Below, piece after piece: positions 35,801 to 47,668 of a DNA stretch of 64,000 nucleotides. How positions within the stretch are numbered: position 1 is the stretch's first letter; each line of letters begins with the position of its first letter. The stretch lies in contig NIVC01001512.1 in NCBI GenBank assembly GCA_002269645.1, forward strand, positions 124,001 through 188,000, in the 5' to 3' direction. Source of the stretch: Macrostomum lignano. Lineage: Eukaryota. A program made the translations under genes and the position numbers. The notes beneath the pieces were generated by a model that did not search any database, was not told the DNA's origin, and saw only the letters and a program-made list of their open reading frames with translations.

Positions 35801-36525
35801 CACCTGGCATTAGTTAGTCTAGTGGTATAGTAGGGGGCTGGCCGCCCCCACGCCCCTGGCATTAGTTAGTCTAGTGGTATAGTGGGGGGCTGGCCGCCCC
35901 CACGCCCCTGGCATTAGTTAGTCTAGTGGTATAGTGGGGGCTGGCCGCCCCCACGCCCCTGGCATTAGTTAGTCTAAGTGGTATAGTGGGGGCTTGCCGC
36001 CCCCACGCCCCTGGCATTAGTTAGTCTAGTGGTATAGTGGGGGCTGGCCACCCCCACGCCCCTGGCATTAGTTAGTCTAGTGGTATAGTGGGGGGCTGGC
36101 CGCCCCCACGCCCCTGGCATTAGTTAGTCTAGTGGTATAGTGGGGGCTGGCCGCCCCCACGCCCCTGGCATTAGTTAGTCTAGTGGTATAGTAGGGGGCT
36201 GGCCGCCCCCCACGCCCCTGGCATTTATTAGTCTAGTGGTATAGTGGGGGGCTGGCCGCCCCCCACGCCCCTGGCATTAGTTTCTCTAGTGGTATAGTGG
36301 GGGGCTGGCCGCCCCCCACGCCCCTGGCATTAGTTAGTCTAGTGGTATAGTGGGGGGCTGGCCGCCCCCCACGCCACTGGCATTAGTTAGTCTAGTGGTA
36401 TAGTGGGGGGCTGGCCGCCCCCCACACCCCTGGCATTAGTTTCTCTAGTGGTATAGTGGGGAGTTGGCCGCCCCCACGCCCCTGGCATTAGTTTGTCTAG
36501 TGGTATAGTGGAGGGCTGGCCGCCC
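32882..36525. repeat. ~51-bp satellite array 1 (GCCCCCACGCCCCTGGCATTAGTTAGTCTAGTGGTATAGTGGGGGCTGGCC), ~70 copies
   Basis: Directly visible. Confidence 0.95.
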
Positions 36526-36830
36526 CCACACCCCCGCTCCCCCACCCCTCCCGCGCGTTGTTGTTGGGGAGGGTGGTTGTTGTTGTGGGGTTTGCGTAAC
36601 GTGGGGGCTGCCGCCCCCACACCCCCGCTCCCCCACCCCTCCCGCGCGTTGTTGTTGGGGAGGGTGGTTGTTGTTGTGGGGTTTGCGTAACGTGGGGGCT
36701 GCCGCCCCACACCCCCGCTCCCCACCCCTCCCGCACATTGTTGTTGGGGAGGGTGGTTGTTGTTGTGGGGTTTGCGTAACGTGGGGGCTGCCGCCCCCAC
36801 ACCCCCGCTCCCCACCCCACCCCTCCGCAA
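36526..36830. repeat. ~90-bp GC/GT-rich secondary repeat (~3.3 copies); also at ~42395-42690; absent from unit 3
   Basis: CCCCCGCTCC recurs at 36531, 36622, 36712 and 36802. Confidence 0.9.
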
Positions 36831-37103
36831 CTTTTCCCACCTCTAACACATCTTTTTAGCATGCTAAAACTGCTTGTAAGCCTTTGGCGACCGCGCAACA
36901 CATGATACTTGCCGATATGTATCGTAATATTCTTTCTGCACTAACAAATCATCTGTGCCGCACTTTCAGCTTCACTCTTACTCTTTAATAAGGTATAGAA
37001 GGAAAGGAAAATTAAACAATCAATATTAAATTATATTCAAGTGAAAGAGAATTGAAAATACTAATAAATCCGTTCCTGCTAAAAAATTAAATATAAAAAA
37101 AAC

Positions 37104-37180
37104 TTGGCCCACTTGGGATTCGAACCCGTGTTTAGGCCATTTACAAAGCAACTGCCTTCGGCCCCGATCCATCTCTTACT
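37104..37180 (-). promoter_or_regulatory. tRNA-like segment (B box, weak A box) inside HINE unit 1; near-identical copy at ~42968-43045
   Basis: GGTTCGAATCC on the minus strand (37116-37126) followed by an oligo-T run. Confidence 0.5.
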
Positions 37181-38920
37181 TAAGCGAAGCTCTACAGTGC
37201 ACGCCGTTTATATCGAATATTCCCTATGGTAGCCACTTTTACGATTTTTGCTGCTTTTTCATACATTTCTGCTCGCTGCATCGCAGCGCCTTCATCTAAA
37301 AATGCGAGTCGCATGTCGTTACAGAGATAACATCAAGGCGCATTCATCTAATGCATTTTTAAAGTATGTCAACAAATTTTACGCCTCCTAGGCGCCAAAT
37401 TGTGCATTTTCACCTGTTCTGACAGGTATTCAAACAGGTATTAAGACCTATTAACTTAAGAATCAGTTTTCAAAACTAATTTAGTTGCACAGTGCATCCA
37501 TAGTGCTGTTTTTAGACACCAAAATTGAGTCTCTAGGCCTTGCCAATGCAGAGTTATTAGCAAAAGTATGCTCAAAATTTGCCCAAAAATAGCCTTCTCA
37601 AAATTCGGAGCCAATTTTCTCAAAAATACGAATTTTCCAGCCATATTGGCGTATGACCGGTGTAACTTCATCTATTCGACTAAACAATATTGAAAATGCA
37701 GAAAAATCGGTGCGCAAAATTTCTTATTTTTCCACTTCAAAGTTTGTACCCCAAAATGGGCCGTTTTTCACTTAACAGGTAAAAAGTACCTGTTAACAGG
37801 GTTTTTTCAGGAGTGTCTTATGTCATTCAAAAGGGCATCCGATGGGCTACAATTTGACGCCATACTCGAAAAACTTTGCCCCATTTTAAAAAAATTTCCT
37901 TAACAACGTCTGATTTTCTGCAGTGCCCCCCGGCCTCTTTTTTCCCTGGTTTTCGGGTCACTGCTCAGCACAGGTAGGTCCAAATGCTTAGAAAATTTAG
38001 GAAAACAAATTTCCATATGTTTGACACATCGTGTTAAAGTCTCACCACTGTAGCATAAAACACTTTTTCAAGTTTGAGGACTACTTTTTTAAAACGTGAC
38101 CCAATTTTTTGAAAATGTCGTTTTTAGGCACTCTTTGGCACCTGGGCAGGTTATTGATGGCCCAATAAGCCAAATCTCGATGTTTCCGAATAGAAGACAT
38201 CTATTTGAGTAATTTGGTGTAGAAATATTAAAAAATAAAGTTTTTAATCTCGACGAGATAGGCCTCACAAAAGTGCACTAAAAATTTGTACTTTTAAAGT
38301 GCAGATAGGCAGCCATGTGAAAAGTACATTTTAGCCCTAAAAACTATAGCGCATCAAACAGCCCCAGGTGTTATTGACGCTATGAGGCAGCTCAAAGGCC
38401 GCGCTATCGCGCGTCCTTTTCGCTGCGGTGAGGCAAAGTTGGAAAAAATGCCAATTTTTCGACCTCAAAAAACACGTTTTTTGTACTTTTAGCCTAGACG
38501 TTAAAGTACAATAAAAAAATCCATTTCTGATCATTGTAGCGTTCGAATGCCCGCGTTTACTGAGCCAGCCGCTAAGCGCTGCCATATTCTCAATCCTTAT
38601 TTTTTGAGATCAAAGTTTTTGACAAAGTCGAAAAAACGCAGTTTTTGGTTGCCATGGCAACCAAAACGCATTGCCATGGCAACCAACTATTGTGCATCCG
38701 ATAGCGCTAGGTCTTTGACACATTTTGGCAAAAACCGTTTGTAAATTGGTCGTACCGTTTTTTATTGGCAGCGTTTAAAAGTTGAAAAACGTCATTTTTA
38801 GTGTGTGCAACCACGTTACATCTTATCAGGGACGATTTCGCAAAAGTAAGCACCATAGAAAAAAATTCTCGCTTCGCTCGCCTTTTTTTCTATACTACTT
38901 ACTGGCTCATCGTCCCACAA

Positions 38921-41900
38921 CTAGTGAATGAAGACGCTGTCGTCTTCAAAGGTGGGACGATGGTTTATATTGTGTCCATTATTGTTTATGGCTATGACAT
39001 CTATTTATTTAACCTAAATTGAGAGCTAAAAAGCCCCCCACGCTCCTGGCATTAGTTAGTCTAGTGGTATAGTGGGGACTGGCCGCCCCCACGCCCCTGG
39101 CATTAGTTAGTCTAGTGGTATAGTGGGGGCTGGCCGCCCCCACGCCCCTGGCATTAGTTAGTCTAGTGGTATAGTGGGGGCTGGCCGCCCCCACGCCCCT
39201 GGCATTTGTTAGTCTAGTGGTATAGTGGGGGCTGGCCGCCCCACGCCCTGGCATTATTAGTCTAGTGGTATAGTGGGGGCTGCCGCCCCCCACGCCCCTG
39301 GCATTAGTTAGTCTAGTGGTATAGTGGGGGCTGGCCCCCCCACGCCCCTGGCATTAGTTAGTCTAGTGGTATAGTGGGGGCTGGCCGCCCCCCACGCCCT
39401 GGCATTAGTTAGTCTAGTGGTATAGTGGGGGGCTGGCCGCCCCCACGCCCCTGGCATTAGTTAGTCTAGTGGTATAGTGGGGGGCTGGCCGCCCCCCACG
39501 CCCCTGGCATTAGTTAGTCTAGTGGTATAGTGGGGGCTGGCCGCCCCCACGCCCCTGGCATTAGTTAGTCTAGTGGTATAGTGGTATAGTGGGGGGCTGC
39601 CGCCCCCACGCCCCTGGCATTAGTTAGTCTAGTGGTATAGTGGGGGGCTGGCCGCCCCCACGCCCCTGGCATTAGTTAGTCTAGTGGTATAGTGGGGGGC
39701 TGGCCGCCCCCACGCCCCTGGCATTAGTTAGTCTAGTGGTATAGTGGGGGGCTGGCCACCCCCACGCCCCTGGCATTAGTTAGTCTAGTGGTATAGTGGG
39801 GGGCTGGCCACCCCCACGCCCCTGGCATTAGTTAGTCTAGTGGTATAGTGGGGGCTGGCCGCCCCCACGCCCCTGGCATTAGTTAGTCTAGTGGTATAGT
39901 GGGGGGCTGGCCGCCCCCCACGCCCCTGGCATTAGTTAGTCTAGTGGTATAGTGGGGGGCTGGCCGCCCCCACGCCCCTGGCATTAGTTAGTCTAGTGGT
40001 ATAGTGGGGGCTGGCCGCCCCCCACGCCCCTGGCATTAGTTAGTCTAGTGGTATAGTGGGGGCTGGCCGCCCCCACGCCCCTGGCATTAGTTAGTCTAGT
40101 GGTATAGTGGGGGGCTGGCCGCCCCCACGCCCCTGGCATTAGTTAGTCTAGTGGTATAGTGGGGGGCTGGCCGCCCCCCACGCCCCTGGCATTAGTTAGT
40201 CTAGTGGTATAGTGGGGGGCTGGCCGCCCCCACGCCCCTGGCATTAGTTAGTCTAGTGGTATAGTGGGGGCTGGCCGCCCCCACGCCCCTGGCATTAGTT
40301 AGTCTAGTGGTATAGTGGGGGCTGCCGCCCCCACGCCCCTGGCATTAGTTAGTCTAAGTGGTATAGTGGGGGCTGGCCGCCCCCACGCCCCTGGCATTAG
40401 TTAGTCTAGTGGTATAGTGGTATAGTGGGGGCTGGCCGCCCCCCACGCCCTGGCATTAGTTAGTCTAGTGGTATAGTGGGGGCTGGCCGCCCCCCACGCC
40501 CCTGGCATTAGTTAGTCTAGTGGTATAGTGGGGGCTGGCCGCCCCCACGCCCCTGGCATTAGTTAGTCTAGTGGTATAGTGGGGGCTGGCCGCCCCCACG
40601 CCCCTGGCATTAGTTAGTCTAGTGGTATAGTGGGGGCTGGCCGCCCCCCACGCCCCTGGCATTAGTTAGTCTAGTGGTATAGTGGGGGCTGGCCGCCCCC
40701 ACGCCCCTGGCATTAGTTAGTCTAGTGGTATAGTGGGGGGCTGGCCGCCCCCCACGCCCCTGGCATTAGTTAGTCTAGTGGTATAGTGGGGGGCTGGCCG
40801 CCCCCACGCCCCTGGCATTAGTTAGTCTAGTGGTATAGTGGGGGGCTGGCCGCCCCCACGCCCCTGGCATTAGTTAGTCTAGTGGTATAGTGGGGGGCTG
40901 CCGCCCCCACGCCCCTGGCATTAGTTAGTCTAGTGGTATAGTGGGGGGCTGGCCGCCCCCACGCCCCTGGCATTAGTTAGTCTAGTGGTATAGTGGGGGG
41001 GCTGCCGCCCCCCACGCCCCTGGCATTAGTTAGTCTAGTGGTATAGTGGGGGGCTGGCCGCCCCCCACGCCCCTGGCATTAGTTAGTCTAGTGGTATAGT
41101 GGGGGCTGGCCGCCCCCCACGCCCCTGGCATTAGTTAGTCTAGTGGTATAGTGGGGGCTGCCGCCCCCACGCCCCTGGCATTAGTTAGTCTAGTGGTATA
41201 GTGGGGGCTGGCCGCCCCCACGCCCCTGGCATTAGTTAGTCTAGTGGTATAGTGGGGGGCTGGCCGCCCCCACGCCCCTGGCATTAGTTAGTCTAGTGGT
41301 ATAGTGGGGGGCTGGCCCCCCCACGCCCCTGGCATTAGTTAGTCTAGTGGTATAGTGGGGGCTGGCCGCCCCCACGCCCCTGGCATTAGTTAGTCTAGTG
41401 GTATAGTGGGGGGCTGGCCGCCCCCACGCCCCTGGCATTAGTTAGTCTAGTGGTATAGTGGGGGGCTGGCCGCCCCCACGCCCCTGGCATTAGTTAGTCT
41501 AGTGGTATAGTGGGGGGCTGGCCGCCCCCACGCCCCTGGCATTAGTTAGTCTAGTGGTATAGTGGGGGCTGGCCGCCCCCACGCCCCTGGCATTAGTTAG
41601 TCTAAGTGGTATAGTGGGGGCTGGCCGCCCCCCACGCCCCTGGCATTAGTTAGTCTAGTGGTATAGTGGGGGCTGGCCACGCCCCTGGCATTAGTTAGTC
41701 TAGTGGTATAGTGGGGGGCTGGCCGCCCCCACGCCCCTGGCATTAGTTAGTCTAGTGGTATAGTGGGGGGCTGGCCGCCCCCACGCCCCTGGCATTAGTT
41801 AGTCTAGTGGTATAGTGGGGGCTGGCCGCCCCCACGCCCCTGGCATTAGTTAGTCTAGTGGTATAGTGGGGGGCTGGCCGCCCACGCCCTGGCATTAGTT

Positions 41901-44784
41901 AGTCTAGTGGTATAGTGGGGGCTGGCCGCCCCCACGCCCCTGGCATTAGTTAGTCTAGTGGTATAGTGGGGGCTGGCCGCCCCCCACGCCCCTGGCATTA
42001 GTTAGTCTAGTGGTATAGTGGGGGGCTGGCCGCCCCCACGCCCCTGGCATTAGTTAGTCTAGTGGTATAGTGGGGGCTGGCCGCCCCCCACGCCCCTGGC
42101 ATTAGTTAGTCTAGTGGTATAGTGGGGGCTGGCCCCCCCACGCCCTGGCATTAGTTAGTCTAGTGGTATAGTGGGGGCTGGCCGCCCCCCACGCCCCTGG
42201 CATTAGTTAGTCTAGTGGTATAGTGGGGGCTGGCCGCCCCCCACGCCCCTGGCATTAGTTAGTCTAGTGGTATAGTGGGGGCTGGCCGCCCCCACACCCT
42301 GGCATTAGTTTCTCTAGTGGTATAGTGGGGAGTTGGCCGCCCCCACGCCCCTGGCATTAGTTTGTCTAGTGGTATAGTGGGGGCTGGCCGCCCCCACACC
42401 CCCGCTCCCCCACCCCTCCGCGCGTTGTTGTTGGGGAGGGTGGTTGTTGTTGTGGGGTTTGCGTAACGTGGGGGCTGCCGCCCCCACACCCCGCTCCCCC
42501 ACCCCTCCCGCGCGTTGTTGTTGGGGAGGGTGGTTGTTGTTGTGGGGTTTGCGTAACGTGGGGGCTGCCGCCCCCACACCCCGCTCCCCCACCCCTCCCG
42601 CACATTGTTGTTGGGAGGGTGGTTGTTGTTGTGGGTTTGCGTAACGTGGGGCTGCCGCCCCCACACCCCCGCTCCCCCACCCCACCCCTCCGCAACTTTT
42701 CCCACCTCTAACACATCTTTTTAGCATGCTAAAACTGCTTGTAAGCCTTTGGCGACCGCGCAACACATGATACTTGCCGATATGTATCGTAATATTCTTT
42801 CTGCACTAACAAATCATCTGTGCCGCACTTTCAGCTTCACTCTTACTCTTTAATAAGGTATAGAAGGAAAGGAAAATTAAACAATCAATATTAAATTATA
42901 TTCAAGTGAAAGAGAATTGAAAATACTAATAAATCCGTTCCTGCTAAAAAATTAAATATAAAAAAAACTTGGCCCACTTGGGATTCGAACCCGTGTTTAG
43001 GCCATTTACAAAGCAACTGCCTTCGGCCCCGATCCATCTCTTACTTAAGCGAAGCTCTACAGTGCACGCCGTTTATATCGAATATTCCCTATGGTAGCCA
43101 CTTTTACGATTTTTGCTGCTTTTTCATACATTTCTGCTCGCTGCATCGCAGCGCCTTCATCTAAAAATGCGAGTCGCATGTCGTTACAGAGATAACATCA
43201 AGGCGCATTCATCTAATGCATTTTTAAAGTATGTCAACAAATTTTACGCCTCCTAGGCGCCAAATTGTGCATTTTCACCTGTTCTGACAGGTATTCAAAC
43301 AGGTATTAAGACCTATTAACTTAAGAATCAGTTTTCAAAACTAATTTAGTTGCACAGTGCATCCATAGTGCTGTTTTTAGACACCAAAATTGAGTCTCTA
43401 GGCCTTGCCAATGCAGAGTTATTAGCAAAAGTATGCTCAAAATTTGCCCAAAAATAGCCTTCTCAAAATTCGGAGCCAATTTTCTCAAAAATACGAATTT
43501 TCCAGCCATATTGGCGTATGACCGGTGTAACTTCATCTATTCGACTAAACAATATTGAAAATGCAGAAAAATCGGTGCGCAAAATTTCTTATTTTTCCAC
43601 TTCAAAGTTTGTACCCCAAAATGGGCCGTTTTTCACTTAACAGGTAAAAAGTACCTGTTAACAGGTTTTTTCAGGAGTGTCTTATGTCATTCAAAAGGGC
43701 ATCCGATGGGCTACAATTTGACGCCATACTCGAAAAACTTTGCCCCATTTTAAAAAAATTTCCTTAACAACGTCTGATTTTCTGCAGTGCCCCCGGCCTC
43801 TTTTTTCCCTGGTTTTCGGGTCACTGCTCAGCACAGGTAGGTCCAAATGCTTAGAAAATTTAGGAAAACAAATTTCCATATGTTTGACACATCGTGTTAA
43901 AGTCTCACCACTGTAGCATAAAACACTTTTTCAAGTTTGAGGACTACTTTTTTAAAACGTGACCCAATTTTTTGAAAATGTCGTTTTTAGGCACTCTTTG
44001 GCACCTGGGCAGGTTATTGATGGCCCAATAAGCCAAATCTCGATGTTTCCGAATAGAAGACATCTATTTGAGTAATTTGGTGTAGAAATATTAAAAAATA
44101 AAGTTTTTAATCTCGACGAGATAGGCCTCACAAAAGTGCACTAAAAATTTGTACTTTTAAAGTGCAGATAGGCAGCCATGTGAAAAGTACATTTTAGCCC
44201 TAAAAACTATAGCGCATCAAACAGCCCCAGGTGTTATTGACGCTATGAGGCAGCTCAAAGGCCGCGCTATCGCGCGTCCTTTTCGCTGCGGTGAGGCAAA
44301 GTTGGAAAAAATGCCAATTTTTCGACCTCAAAAAACACGTTTTTTGTACTTTTAGCCTAGACGTTAAAGTACAATAAAAAAATCCATTTCTGATCATTGT
44401 AGCGTTCGAATGCCCGCGTTTACTGAGCCAGCCCGCTAAGCGCTGCCATATTCTCAATCCTTATTTTTTGAGATCAAAGTTTTTGACAAAGTCGAAAAAA
44501 CGCAGTTTTTGGTTGCCATGGCAACCAAAACGCATTGCCATGGCAACCAACTATTGTGCATCCGATAGCGCTAGGTCTTTGACACATTTTGGCAAAAACC
44601 GTTTGTAAATTGGTCGTACCGTTTTTTATTGGCAGCGTTTAAAAGTTGAAAAACGTCATTTTTAGTGTGTGCAACCACGTTACATCTTATCAGGGACGAT
44701 TTCGCAAAAGTAAGCACCATAGAAAAAAATTCTCGCTTCGCTCGCCTTTTTTTCTATACTACTTACTGGCTCATCGTCCCACAA
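38921..44784 (-). mobile_element. HINE-like element, unit 2 (~5.86 kb), head-to-tail with unit 1
   Basis: Junction CATCGTCCCACAA-CTAGTGAATGAAGACG at 38908-38936; non-satellite part nearly identical to unit 1. Confidence 0.8.
39033..42394. repeat. ~51-bp satellite array 2, ~65 copies
   Basis: Directly visible. Confidence 0.95.
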
Positions 44785-44897
44785 CTAGTGAATGAAGACG
44801 CTGTCGTCTTCAAAGGTGGGACGATGGGTATATATTGTGTCCATTATTGTTTATGGCTATGACATCTATTTATTTAACCTAAATTGAGAGCTAAAAA

Positions 44898-47275
44898 GCC
44901 CCCCCCACGCCTGGCATTAGTTAGTCTAGTGGTATAGTGGGGGGCTGGCCGCCCCCACGCCCCTGGCATTAGTTAGTCTAGTGGTATAGTGGGGGCTGGC
45001 CGCCCCCACGCCCCTGGCATTAGTTAGTCTAGTGGTATAGTGGGGGCTGGCCGCCCCCACGCCCCTGGCATTTATTAGTCTAGTGGTATAGTGGGGGGCT
45101 GGCCGCCCCCCACGCCCCTGGCATTAGTTAGTCTAGTGGTATAGTGGTATAGTGGGGGCTGGCCGCCCCCCACGCCCCTGGCATTAGTTAGTCTAGTGGT
45201 ATAGTGGGGGGCTGGCCGCCCCCCACGCCCCTGGCATTAGTTAGTCTAGTGGTATAGTGGGGGCTGGCCGCCCCCCACGCCCCTGGCATTAGTTAGTCTA
45301 GTGGTATAGTGGGGGGCTGGCCGCCCCCCACGCCCCTGGCATTAGTTAGTCTAAGTGGTATAGTGGGGGCTGGCCGCCCCCCACGCCCCTGGCATTAGTT
45401 AGTCTAGTGGTATAGTGGGGGCTGGCCGCCCCCCACGCCCCTGGCATTAGTTAGTCTAGTGGTATAGTGGGGGGCTGGCCGCCCCCCACGCCCCTGGCAT
45501 TAGTTAGTCTAGTGGTATAGTGGGGGGCTGGCCGCCCCCCACGCCCCTGGCATTAGTTAGTCTAGTGGTATAGTGGGGGGCTGGCCGCCCCCCACGCCCC
45601 TGGCATTAGTTAGTCTAAGTGGTATAGTGGGGGCTGGCCGCCCCCACGCCCCTGGCATTAGTTAGTCTAGTGGTATAGTGGGGGCTGGCCGCCCCCACGC
45701 CCCTGGCATTAGTTAGTCTAGTGGTATAGTGGGGGCTGGCCGCCCCCCACGCCCCTGGCATTAGTTAGTCTAGTGGTATAGTGGGGGGCTGGCCGCCCCC
45801 ACGCCCCTGGCATTAGTTAGTCTAGTAGTATAGTGGGGGGCTGGCCGCCCCCACGCCCCTGGCATTAGTTAGTCTAGTGGTATAGTGGGGGCTGGCCGCC
45901 CCCACGCCCCTGGCATTAGTTAGTCTAGTAGTATAGTGGGGGCTGGCCGCCCCCACGCCCCTGGCATTTGTTAGTCTAGTGGTATAGTGGGGGGCTCGCC
46001 GCCCCCACGCCCCTGGCATTAGTTAGTCTAGTAGTATAGTGGGGGGCTCGCCGCCCCCACGCCCCTGGCATTAGTTAGTCTAGTGGTATAGTGGGGGCTG
46101 GCCGCCCCCCACGCCCCTGGCATTAGTTAGTCTAGTAGTATAGTGGAGGGCTGGCCGCCCCCCACGCCCCTGGCATTAGTTAGTCTAGTGGTATAGTGGG
46201 GGCTGGCCGCCCCCACGCCCCTGGCATTAGTTAGTCTAGTGGTATAGTGGTATAGTGGGGGCTGGCCGCCCCCCACGCCCCTGGCATTAGTTAGTCTAGT
46301 GGTATAGTGGGGGCTGGCCGCCCCCCACGCCCCTGGCATTTATTAGTCTAGTGGTATAGTGGGGGGCTGGCCGCCCCCACGCCCCTGGCATTAGTTAGTC
46401 TAGTGGTATAGTGGTATAGTGGGGGGCTAGCCGCCCCCACGCCCCTGGCATTAGTTAGTCTAGTGGTATATTGGGGGGCTGGCCGCCCCCCACGCCCCTG
46501 GCATTTATTAGTCTAGTAGTATAGTGGGGGCCTGGCCGCCCCCCCGCCCCTGGCATTAGTTAGTCTAGTGGTATAGTGGGGGCTGGCCGCCCCCACGCCC
46601 CTGGCATTAGTTAGTCTAGTGGTATAGTGGGGGCTGGCCGCCCCCCACGCCCCTGGCATTAGTTAGTCTAGTAGTATAGTGGGGGGCTGGCCGCCCCCAC
46701 GCCCCTGGCATTTGTTAGTCTAGTGGTATAGTGGGGGGCTCGCCACCCCACGCCCCTGGCATTAGTTAGTCTAGTGGTATAGTGGGGGCTGGCCGCCCCC
46801 ACGCCCCTGGCATTAGATAGTCTAGTGGTATAGTGGGGGGCTGGCCGCCCCCCACGCCCCTGGCATTAGTTAGTCTAGTGATATAGTGGTATAGTGGGGG
46901 CTGGCCGCCCCCCACGCCCCTGGCATTAGTTAGTCTAGTGGTATAGTGGGGGCTGGCCGCCCCCCACGCCCCTGGCATTAGTTAGTCTAGTAGTATAGTG
47001 GGGGGCTGGCCGCCCCCCACGCCCCTGGCATTTGTTAGTCTAGTGGTATAGTGGGGGGCTCGCCACCCCCACGCCCCTGGCATTAGTTAGTCTAGTGGTA
47101 TAGTGGGGGGCTGGCCGCCCCCACGCCCCTGGCATTAGATAGTCTAGTGGTATAGTGGGGGGCTGGCCGCCCCCACGCCCCTGGCATTAGTTAGTCTAGT
47201 GATATAGTGGTATAGTGGGGGGCTGGCCGCCCCCCACGCCCCTGGCACTAGTTAGTCTAGTGGTAAAGGGGGGGC
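44898..47275. repeat. ~51-bp satellite array 3, ~46 copies
   Basis: Directly visible. Confidence 0.95.
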
Positions 47276-47587
47276 TGGCTCCCCCACCGCTCCACCACCC
47301 CTCGAGAACTTTTCCCACATCTAAACACGTCTTTGTAATATGTTACAACTATATTCTAGCCTTCAAACGACCAGACATCAAATACTTGCTTGCCGACATG
47401 TATCGTAATATACTTTTTGCACTAACAATCATAGGTGCCGCACTAAAAGATTCACTGTTACTCTTTAAATACGTATAAAAAGAAAAATAAATTTAAATAA
47501 ATGTAATTTAATTGTATAAAAAACATAATAGTTAGAGAAATAAAAATACTAAAAATCTGTTTGCTCTAAAAGAACTTTAAACTAAAA

Positions 47588-47668
47588 AAATTTTCGGATC
47601 ACTTGGGAATCGAACCCTGCAGCACTCAAATGTATGGATAACTAACTCTGCCACTGAGCCACAAATTG
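47588..47668 (-). promoter_or_regulatory. Type-2 Pol III promoter (tRNA-like) inside HINE unit 3
   Basis: A box TGGCTCAGTGG (47661-47651), B box GGTTCGATTCC (47616-47606), 45-nt spacing, T-run downstream; no acceptor stem. Confidence 0.65.

Larger units (their letters stand above)
32769..38920 (-). mobile_element. Non-autonomous Helentron/HINE-like element, unit 1 (~6.15 kb)
   Basis: Subterminal inverted repeats GTGGGACGATG (32800-32810) / CATCGTCCCAC (38908-38918); 8-bp hairpin TGAAGACG-CTGT-CGTCTTCA (32777-32796) next to CTAG; central satellite. Confidence 0.8.

Noticed and set aside
37456-38744. Short ORFs in the HINE unique region as Rep/helicase remnants
   Set aside because: No HUH or helicase motifs are recognisable; the sequence is AT-tract-rich and non-coding.
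32882-47275. CRISPR-like appearance of regular repeats
   Set aside because: The monomers are contiguous and near-identical with no unique spacers, there are no cas genes, and the context is eukaryotic.
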